Shown here: piece by piece, positions 1 through 10,600 of the stretch
Layout: every line of letters begins with the position of its first letter
How positions within the stretch are numbered: position 1 is the first letter of the stretch
IMG/VR virus record: IMGVR_UViG_3300008108_007099
Span: 1 to 64,000 of that record
Direction: 5' to 3' (one strand)
DNA from: a virus
Length of the DNA stretch: 64,000 bases
Notes under the pieces: model-generated
Told to the model about the DNA's origin: nothing
Seen by the model: the letters and a program-made list of their open reading frames with translations, nothing else
The model's database searches: none
Translations under genes and position numbers: made by a program

Positions 1-1
1 C

Positions 2-1522
2 AATGAAAGGCTGCTTCCAGACGATAATCCGCAAAATGTTATAGACCAGCTTGCGGATGCTACCGTTTGGATGCCATATTACCCTTGGCCACTTAAAAAC
101 GGCGAATATTTTACTTTATACGGAAGCGAAGCTGTAAAGTTATATCAAATGATACCGCAGTTAAATACTACTGCGACATTAGAAACTATATATATTGGAC
201 CACCTATTATACAGGGCGAACCTCCTAAATATATTGCCCTAAATACACAACAAAACATGGCTGTAGTGCCATTATTCCCCGCAACAAATGGTTACGATTT
301 CCAAAATACACCGGCAACTCTTACTGACATAAATATTGGATTCACGCAAACTGATTCTAATCCACAACTTGTTTTCACTACTGTAACAAACAACAGCTCT
401 ATTCCAATGATAGTAAATATCAATGGAACTATTTATACAGTAACAACCGGTCAGACTTTCAATAATACTACATTGTTGAATCAGAATGAAACTGTCAAAA
501 TAACAAGTCAGACTTCAGGAATATTCACTCAAGGGCTAGTTTTCGGCACAGTAGCTGTTTCGCCTTTGCCAAGTCCTACTGCAACACCTTTGTTTAGTGC
601 AAGTCCTACTCCAACTCCCAGTGGTACAGAACCTACTGCCACGCCAACTCAAAGCCCATCAAATACTGCTTCTCCTACACCAACAAGAAGCCCAACCCCC
701 ACACCAACTGGATCTCCAACCAATACCCCTTCGCCGACAAATTCCCCTAGCAACAGTCCTTCGCCTACCCCAAGCAGTACGCCGATTGTACAACCACAAG
801 TTATAGCACTTGGTTATAATCAAGGAGTAGAAGTTTATAGTTTTGACGCTGGAAGTACCTATTCGTTGAAAAATCCCGGCACAATGCCGTGGTATGATGT
901 TACATACAATTCAGATTTAGATGAATGGACTGCAGTAACTACAAGTGGAAAGATTTTTTACAGTTTAGATGGTGTAAATTGGGTTCAAGTTTTTAGTAAT
1001 ACAAATTATAGTTTTAGAGACGTTTGTTTTGGCTATACAAGTTTAAGCACACCCATCACCATAGTTTTGGATTACAATGGAAATGTAACATATAGCACTG
1101 ATAACAGAACTTGGTCCACACCAGTTAATCTCGGCATAGGCAATCTGAAGACCTGTGTTTATTCCAATGGCAATTTCGTTATTTTGCCAGCCAATGGCAC
1201 AAAAACCATGCGCAGCACGAATGGAGTCACATGGACTGCGGGTGCTAATTTGCCTGCTTCTGGTGGATGGAATGGCGCGGCATCTGATCCAGCTACAAAC
1301 AGGATTGTTGGACTGCTTTATGGCTCTACAACGGCTGTTTATTCTGATAATTACGGCGTTAGTTGGACTACCGCGACTTTACCAGCAGCAGCAACTTGGG
1401 AAAACGTTGTATTTACAGGTTCAACTTTTGTTGCGGCTGCAAGTCAGGGCACGCCTGCTGTAGCAGTTTCTTCTGACGGTGCAACTTACCGCCTCCGACT
1501 CCCGCGCCAACCGCAACAGTAG
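2..1522 (+). CDS. Virion-associated protein with PT/PS linker and BNR/Asp-box (SxDGxxW) propeller; 5'-truncated, and probably the N-terminal part of the downstream giant gene
   Basis: Frame is open from base 2 ([11 protein letters not shown]...), so the start lies outside the window. Contains [33 protein letters not shown] Asp-box repeats and a TPTPSP linker. The final [10 protein letters not shown] looks out of frame. Confidence 0.7.
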   Translation, partial: NERLLPDDNPQNVIDQLADATVWMPYYPWPLKNGEYFTLYGSEAVKLYQMIPQLNTTATLETIYIGPPIIQGEPPKYIALNTQQNMAVVPLFPATNGYDFQNTPATLTDINIGFTQTDSNPQLVFTTVTNNSSIPMIVNINGTIYTVTTGQTFNNTTLLNQNETVKITSQTSGIFTQGLVFGTVAVSPLPSPTATPLFSASPTPTPSGTEPTATPTQSPSNTASPTPTRSPTPTPTGSPTNTPSPTNSPSNSPSPTPSSTPIVQPQVIALGYNQGVEVYSFDAGSTYSLKNPGTMPWYDVTYNSDLDEWTAVTTSGKIFYSLDGVNWVQVFSNTNYSFRDVCFGYTSLSTPITIVLDYNGNVTYSTDNRTWSTPVNLGIGNLKTCVYSNGNFVILPANGTKTMRSTNGVTWTAGANLPASGGWNGAASDPATNRIVGLLYGSTTAVYSDNYGVSWTTATLPAAATWENVVFTGSTFVAAASQGTPAVAVSSDGATYRLRLPRQPQQ

Positions 1523-1617
1523 CCGCAACTGCTACACCAGCTCCATCCAGCACAGCTGCAACACCTACGCCAAGTCCTACCACAGCAAATTGCTTAGCAC
1601 TCAATATTGAAAACAAC

Positions 1618-4600
1618 ATGACAAATACGCCTATATCAGGCGGATATTCATTTGTAACTTTGGCAATGACGCCCGGTGACTCTGCAACTTCTGCATATGA
1701 CGTGCTTTGTTCTCCGACTGATGTACGTATTGTAGGAACCGCAGTTGGTACTGCCACTGTGTATACAATTGTTGGAGGAGTTCCGACCCCGTATCCATTT
1801 ACAAATACTTCATTTGACCAAATCTGGACTTTAAATACTGGGGATCAACTTGCAATTTATGTTGCAGAGCCAGACAGCGTTAGCGGAAACATTACATATA
1901 TTACGACAACACCGACTCCAACAACGACAGCCGCCACGCCAACTCCAACACCAACTGATAGTCCGTTGCCAACAACCAGCGTCACAGAGAGTCCATCTCC
2001 TACACCTAGTGAATCACCTTCGCCGACACCAACTGATAGTCCTACTCCTAGTCCTAGCATGTCCGAAAGTCCATCGCCTACACCTAGTGACTCGCCGAGT
2101 CCAACCCCAAGCGAAAGCCCAACGCCTTCCCCCAGTCCTTCTAATAGTGCAAGTCCTACACCGAGTCCTTCGCCTAGTGAAAGCCCAACGCCTTCCCCCA
2201 GTCCTTCTAATAGTGCAAGTCCTACACCGAGTCCTTCGCCTAGTGAGAGTCCAACGCCGTCCCCCAGTCCTTCTAATAGTGCAAGTCCTACACCGAGTCC
2301 TTCTCCTAGTGAGAGTCCAACGCCGTCCCCCAGTCCTTCTAATAGTGCTTCGCCCACACCGAGTCCTTCGCCTAGTGAAAGCCCAACGCCTTCCCCCAGT
2401 CCTTCTAATAGTGCAAGTCCTACACCAAGTCCTTCTCCCAGTGTGACTGAAAGTCCTACCCCTTCACCAAGTCCCTCTAATAGCGCTAGCCCAACGCCTA
2501 GTCCCTCACCTAGCGATAGTCCCACACCTTCACCAAGTCCTAGCAACAGTGCTTCGCCAACACCAAGTCCTTCTCCCAGTGTGACTGAAAGTCCAACGCC
2601 TTCTCCCAGTCCCTCTAACAGTGCATCACCAACACCAAGTCCATCTATTTCCCCTTCAGTAACTCCTAGTCCAACTCCTAGCCCATCAGCGGCACCAACA
2701 CAAGATCTATTCGTTTGGGGCGGTAATTCATCTGGACAACTAGGACTTGGAAACGTTGTCCCAAGAAGTAGTCCAGTAATATTAACGGGTGCAAATTTCC
2801 AAAACATACCATTTGGCGCTAATGCCGTTGGCGCATTGCAAGTCAATGGCGAAATGTATGTTTGGGGCGATAATACCTTCGGGCAGCTAGGATTAAATGA
2901 TACCACTAACAGAAACAGTCCTGTAGTATTAGCAGGAAGCTTTTCACAAGTTTCAATAAATAGCACCTCTGCTGGTGTAAGAAAAGACGGCACTTTATGG
3001 TCATGGGGAAATGCCGGCACCTACGGCGCTACCGCTTTAAATACTGTACTCTCCAATAGCAGTCCATTACAAATAGGAAGCAGCAGTGATTGGCTCAAGG
3101 TAGTTACCAGATATTCACCCAATACCTTAATGGCAATAAAGACTGACGGCACTCTCTGGGGCGCTGGCAATAACTCTAACGGCTGCTTAGGAGACGGCAC
3201 TACTGTAAATAGAAGCAGCTTAGTTCAGAGTGGATCTGATAATAATTGGCAGGATATTCAAGTTGGAGTTAATTTTGCTGTAGGATTAAGAAAAGATGGT
3301 ACGATTTGGACCGTAGGGGCAGGCTTATCAGGCAATCTTGGAAACAATAGTGTCGCCGACAGGTCTAGCTGGATACAAGTTGGTGCCTCCAATAATTGGG
3401 TTGCAATTAGTTGCAAACATCAACCCGTTTTGGCATTGAATAATTTGTCAGAATTGTATGTTTGGGGAAATGGAAGCACCGGTGGAACCGGCCTAAATGC
3501 AGTAACCAGTGTGTCTTCGCCAACCTTGCTCATGACAAATGTTTCTTACTTTAGCGCAGGACCGTCTTTCGGATCTGCCATTAAAAATAACAACACATTA
3601 TGGACATGGGGCGTAGGAACAAACGGAAGACTTGGCTTAAATAGCACAATAAATGTTTCTTCCCCAACGCAAGTTGGATCGAATTCTAGCTGGATAGGTG
3701 TTGAGTGCAATTTTGATACTACCATGGCATTATACACTTATTTAACTCCAGTTCCAACCGCGACTAGTACTCTCACACCAACTCCAACGCCTTCCGTTAC
3801 GTCAAGTCCTACTCCAACGCCAAGTTATTCAGAAAGTCCTACACCTAGCCCTTCACCGACACCAACCGACACACCTTCACCAACACCAAGTCCTACACCT
3901 AGTCCTTCAGCTACGGCTATGCCATTAACTTGTCCTCAAGGAGCAATGTATTTTGATGGGAGCAACGTGAGTTACCTTAGTATTCCAGATAATGCGTCTC
4001 TTAACCTAGGAACCGGAAATTTCACAATTGAGTGGTTCCAGAATATGTCCTCTAGTTCTGATGCTGATGCCCTTGTTTTCTCTGTGGGTGTATCGCCATC
4101 AGCAGTTATAGGATTTGGCATCGAACAACCAATTGGCGATCCATCAAATGCCACTATGACATTCTATGAAAACAGCGGCTCTGCTGTTGTCAATACGCTT
4201 CCTAGAAGTTACATTTTTGGCAACTGGTTTCACATAGCTATTTGCCGAGCGGCAGGGGTAATTAGATTCTTCCTAAACGGCCAGCAATTTAATTATATTA
4301 ACAGCACCTTTAATATTACTTTTGGTGGAGCACCTTTATCTATTGGTTGCGAGCTGTCTACTCCTGCAACCAATATGTTCAAAGGTAACATCACTAATTT
4401 CAGATGGATAAAGAATAATGCTCTTTACACCTCTAACTTTAGTGTTCCCGCAACTCCATTAAGCGCCGTTACTGGAACTGGATTGTTATTAGATAGTTTA
4501 ACGCCAGCAACAGTAAGCACTGATACTTCTGGGAACAATAATACTGTAAATAACAGCAATGTAATTTATACAGCTTGTAACGGCACTACTGCTACGCCAG

Positions 4601-7600
4601 TTCCAACTAATAGCCCGACACCGACAGCTACCAACGCAATCACAGCTAGTCCCACACAAACTCCTACAAATACTGTTACACCAATACCAACTGGAACGCC
4701 AATTCCTACAACATCACCGACACCAGCTGGACCTACTCCAACGCCCTTCGTGGGACCTCTAAGCTGCCCAACCACTAGCGATGGCTTTGCAACATTTAAT
4801 GCCATATTTGGAACAACTTGGATAATTGAAAATAATAATAATTATGTAGTTGGCACAGGGGATTATACAGTAGAAGTATTTGCCAATCCTTATGCTAGCG
4901 GTTCTGCCGCAATTTATTGGTCTGTCGGTGGATTCTACTTTACTATGTACTCATTCTTTGGCTCTCCTGTAGAACCAAGACTTTATTACGATGGAAGTAA
5001 TTACATAGCTTTCCCGACTATTTCTGCTGCCAGTTACCTCACCAACAGGTGGAGACATTTAGCTATAACCAGAAGTAATGGCGTAACCTATATGTGGTTG
5101 GACGGAACTCTCTGGGGTCAGTCTAGTACGGCTTATGACATGCAAGATGGAGCCAGCGAGTTGTGGATTGGCGGAAACTCAAATGATTCAATATTCTGTT
5201 TCGGCGGTCAAATGACAAACTTCCGCTACTTAGTTGGAGCGGCTGTTTATACTCAGAACTTCACGCCTTCTACGCCATTGGCCAATTTGAATGGCACCAA
5301 GTTGTTGCTATTAACATCAACAGCTCAAACAATCAATACAGACAGCAGCAGTCTAAATAAAACAGTTACATCCATAAATGGCATGATTTATACTGGCTGC
5401 AATGGAACTACACCAACACCGACTCCGAGCGTGACAAGAAGTCCAACCCCAACACCCAGTCCTTCTGCAACACCTCAAGCAGCCTTCCTGCAGTGTCCGG
5501 GTGCTAACGGATCTTATATATTTGCCGCAAGCCAGCTAGAAGTACCTTATAACAATGGTCTAACCATTGGAACAAGTGATTATACAATTGAATGCTTTAT
5601 GTATCCGACTGGATTTGGCGTACAAGGCACGCTATTTGCTTTCGGTCCATATTCCGGCGGCATATCACTAGAGTTTGTTGGATTTGGAGCACAAAAAGGA
5701 ATCAGACTTTACAGCCAATCTATTGGCGCTCAGGTGCTTGGCACTTTGACCACTAACTACTACAACCAATGGAGCCATGTGGCGCTAGTTAGAAGCTCAG
5801 GCGTTACAAGTCTTTATCTTAATGGCGCATGGCAAGGCAGCACATCGGCTTCGTATGATATCAATGACACCACCAGTTCACTGTGGATTGGAAATGATGG
5901 CAGTCTTGATAGCGGTGTAAGTTTCGGTGGAAACATAACAAGCTTCCGTTGGACTAAGGGAAATGCTATTTATACCAGTAATTTCACACCTCCATCTTAT
6001 CCATTAACAGCGCTTACCGGAACTGAATTGTTGCTAAACACAAGTTCTGCCAGTGGCATAACTACTGACGATAGTGGATACAATAGAACTGTAGTCAATG
6101 ACAATGTGAGCTTTAGCGTCTGTCCAGCAACGCCGACACCAACACAGAGCCCGAGTGTCACACCTAGCCCAACTCCTTCAGGAACTCCAAGTCCAACTCC
6201 TAGTTTCACACCGAGTCCAACTCTGAGCCCTACACCTAGTAACTCGCCAAGCCCGACACCTAGCTTTACGCCTAGTCCAACACCTAGTCCTTCTATTAGT
6301 CCGACTGTTACAGAAAGTCCAACACCGAGTCCTTCACCTTCGCCAAGCAATTCACCAACTCCCACACCAACTCCAATAGGAGGATTCTTATTCTCGACGG
6401 GAATTAATCAATTCGGGCAAATTAACTTCAATGATGATGTAAACCGATCCAGTTGGACACAAGCTGGTTCCGACAAGTGGCTAAAAGTATCAACCGGTTA
6501 TGGTATATGCACTTTCGTTAAACGATTTGATTCTACTTGGTGGGTAACAGGTTATAACCAATATGGCACTCTTGGTATTGGAACTCTTCAAGATAAGAGT
6601 AGTTATGTCCAGTTTAGTTCTAGCACTGACTGGAAGGACATATATACGAATGATTATTCTACATTCGGCGTTAAGAATGATGGCACACTGTGGAGTTGGG
6701 GTGCTGCGTATCTAAATGGCAGGGATGTGGCCTCAAGTAGCCCAATGCAGGTAAATCTGCCTTCAACTGTTAAATCATTCTCTATAACACAAAATGGCAT
6801 TTTGACGGCATTGAATGACGGCAATGTTTATGCTATAGGAATTAATAACAATTACAGATATACGGACTCTACTCCTATGTATGCTTTGTTGTCTAGTCCT
6901 ACGATGATTCTTGGTGGTGGCGTTTGGGCTAGTGCAACCAGTGGATATTCTTCTAGCCTCTTCATAAAGAATGATGGAACACTTTGGGGCGTAGGAGCGA
7001 ACGCTTATGGTATGCTATTCCAACCTTCAAGCTTCGTGCGAGCATCGACTCCAATTCAGATTAGCGTCGATACCAATTGGGAAAAAACTCAATCTATTAA
7101 TGATGGTAGCTATTTTGGATTGAAAACTGACAGTACTTTTTGGGTTTGGGGCCAAAACGCTTATGGTCAATTGGGCACAAATAATACAATTTCATATAGC
7201 AGTCCTGTTCAGGGAACTTCATTGACATGGAGGCAAGTACATGCTTGTAGCTACAATGTAGCTGGCATTGAAGCTTCTACTGGGCAGTTATATGTTTGGG
7301 GTCAAAACACTTATGGTCAGGCCGGTAATCAAAACACTAATTCTATAAGTTCTCCAACACAAGTATCCGTTTCACAAGTTAATAGCTGGGCATATGTGGG
7401 TGGCGGTTTCGGCAATTTCTCTGCTATCGGGGATTTATATCCGACTCCTACGCCTACAAGTACAGAAGCAACCTTAACACCTACTCCTTCACCAAGTGTA
7501 ACTGCTAGTCCTACGCCTAGTCCTTCGCCTTCTCCAAGTGTTACCGAGAGTCCAACACCTAGTCCTTCACCTTCACCAAGTGTTACCGAGAGTCCAACAC

Positions 7601-10600
7601 CTAGCCCCACACCAAGTCCTTCAGCAACTGTGACACCTCAATCTTTCAATATATGGGGTGCAAATTATGATGGTCCAGCAGGAAACAATTCTGTAGTCAA
7701 CTTTACCTCCCCGGTAATTTGGGCCAGCAATGTACAATACAAACAAGTTTCTTACGGTAGAACTGAAACAGCATTCATCAAGAATGATGATACATTGTGG
7801 TTATCCGGAAACAATGCATACGGTCAACTTGGCATTAATTCTACGGTAAATAAAAGTTCCCCAGTACAAGCAATTACAGGCGGTTCTTGGATATTTGCTA
7901 GTGCTGGTGCAACAGTTCTTGCAATAAAAGCTGACGGCACTCTTTGGGGATGGGGTTACAACTATTATGCAACAGTTGGAAACAGCACCAAAAACGTGTA
8001 CGTATCAACCCCTGTACAGATAAGTGCAGCAACTAATTGGGTATCTTGCACAACATCTCAGAGAACGGCATATGCTATTAATTCCCTAGGGCAGATGTAT
8101 GTTTGGGGATACAATGGCAACGGAACTTATGGCACAAATACCACAGTAGAAGCAAGCAGTCCTGTACAAGGACCAACTAATAAATCATGGTCTCAAGTAG
8201 CCGGAAGTTCTTTCGGTTCTACTATTGCCTTGGCAACGGATGGCACTGTCTGGACTTGGGGCAATAATTACAGAGGATTTTTGGGTAATAACACAGCCAT
8301 TTCTAAATCCACGCCTGTTCAAGTAGGTTCAGCTACGAACTGGGCTAAAGTAGCATCCGGTTACTGGCACGCCGTTGCTTTGAAAAATGATAACTCTTTG
8401 TGGGTATGGGGATATGGAGGCGACGGCGCACTTAGTCAAAATAATACTATTAATTACAGTTCGCCAGTACAAATTGCCGGTAATTGGCTCGACGCAACTG
8501 GTGCATATGATGCTACTTGGGGCATTAAGTCTGACAATACATTTTGGGCCTGTGGTGGAAACGGATCAGGAGAACAGCCATTTACAGGCGCAAGCAGAAG
8601 CAGCATGATTCAAGCTGGTGGCGCAGGAACTTATTTGTCGTTTGTAAAAAATATATGTGATGCTTTTGGCGGTATTGCTCGAATTTCGCCTCCTACAGCA
8701 TCTCCAAGTCCTTCTGCCACACCAACGCCAACACCAACACCTAGCGGAACCGGTCCTACACCAAGCCCGAGTGCTACCGGACCTACTCCGACTTCGACGC
8801 CTACTCCACAAACCTTTAACGTCTGGGGCGCAAATTATGATGGAACAGCAGGAAACAATTCTGTAACAAACTTTACTTCACCAGTTACTTGGGCAAGCAA
8901 TGTAACATACAAGAAAGTATCTTATGGCAGAACTGAAACTGCATACATAAAGTATGACAATACATTATGGCTGTCTGGAAACAATGCTTACGGACAATTA
9001 GGAATAAATTCCACTTCAAATAGAAGTTCATACGTTCAGGTAATTACTGGAGGAGAATGGTCTTATGTATCGTCAAATCAGGTGACATTGGCTATAAAAT
9101 CAGATGGGACCTTGTGGGGCTGGGGCTATAATTACTTTGCAAATATTGGTAATAATAGTAAGGTTTATGCATCTTCACCGGTTCAAATCAGTGCGGCAAC
9201 AAATTGGGTATCTTGCACATCTTCTCTTAGAACATCCTACGCCATCAATTCTCTAGGACAACTTTATGTTTGGGGCAATAATGGTTCGGGACAATATGGT
9301 CTCAATAATACAACTGATGCAAGCAGCCCTATTCAAGGTCCTACTAACAAATCTTGGAGTCAAGTAGCAGGCAGTTCTTACGGTTCTACTATTGCTTTAG
9401 CAACAGATGGAACCGTCTGGACTTGGGGCAACAACTATAGAGGATTTTTAGGAAATAACACAGCCACTTCTAAATCAACACCCGTACAAGTAGGCTCTGC
9501 AACAAACTGGAGTAAGGTTTCTGCTGGATACTATCATGCTGTTGCTATGACAAATGACGGATCGCTTTGGGTGTGGGGACATGGCGGTTATGGACAATTA
9601 GGTCAAAATACGGCTGTAAATGCCAGTTCCCCAGTGCAGATAGCCGGTATATGGTACGATGCAACAGGTGCAACACAAAATACTTGGGCTATAAAATCCA
9701 ACAATACATTGTGGGCATGTGGTAGCAACAGTAGCAACCAACAGCCAATTTCTGGCGCTGCAAATATCAGCAGTATAACTCAAGTTTCTGGTTCTTCTCA
9801 GTATTTGAATTTTGTTCCTGTAAACGATAACGCATTTGGCGGTATAGCAAGTATTTCAACTAGCTTACTTTCAACACCAACGCCAACTCCTTCCCCAACA
9901 CCGGCAGCTTTTGAAAGCTGGTATTTCTGGGGACAGAGCAACAATGGTCAAATGGCTTATGATAGCACAAACACGGTATTAAATTTATACAACTATTATC
10001 CAACTAGTGTTTATGATAATTTATACACTGGGACTGCTACAGTATTCATTAAGAAAGACGGCACCATGTGGGGAGCTGGTCTAAATACCACCGGCGGCTT
10101 AGGAATCAACGATATCATAAATCGTTCCAGCATGGTCCAGATAGGTTCTGGATATACAAGTGCAGCGATAGGACTAGCACAAAATTATTTCCTTAAACCT
10201 GACGGCACATTATGGGCATCTGGCACCAACAGTTCTGGTCAATTGGGCATAAATTCAGCAGTGAATGTTAGCAGTCTGGTGCAAGAATCGCTAGGTAAAA
10301 CTGACTGGGCTATGGTATCCACTGGCAATGGTGGCGCAGCAGCAATAGATACTTCAGGACGATTATGGACAGTAGGAAGTGCCAATAATGGCGCTCTAGG
10401 AAACAATACAGGCACCGGCAACAAATCTAGTTTCATACAAATTGGTGCAGATACAACTTGGTCTACGGTTTCCTACGGCAATGCCAGATGTGCAGCACTA
10501 AAGACAGATGGAACCATATGGTCATGGGGATCGAATAGTCAGGGTTCATTAGGTACTGGAGATGCTGCGTCCCGAAGCAGTCCAACACAAATTGGCATAG

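Noticed and set aside
1520-1522. TAG recoding (alternative genetic code)
   Set aside because: Readthrough would not join the two ORFs, which are in different frames; other genes are intact under the standard code.
2116-2445. CRISPR array
   Set aside because: Contiguous in-frame coding repeats with no unique spacers and no cas genes.
7640-9860. Diversity-generating retroelement TR/VR pair
   Set aside because: Differences between the duplicated RCC1 regions are not adenine-specific, both copies are coding, and no reverse transcriptase is in the window.
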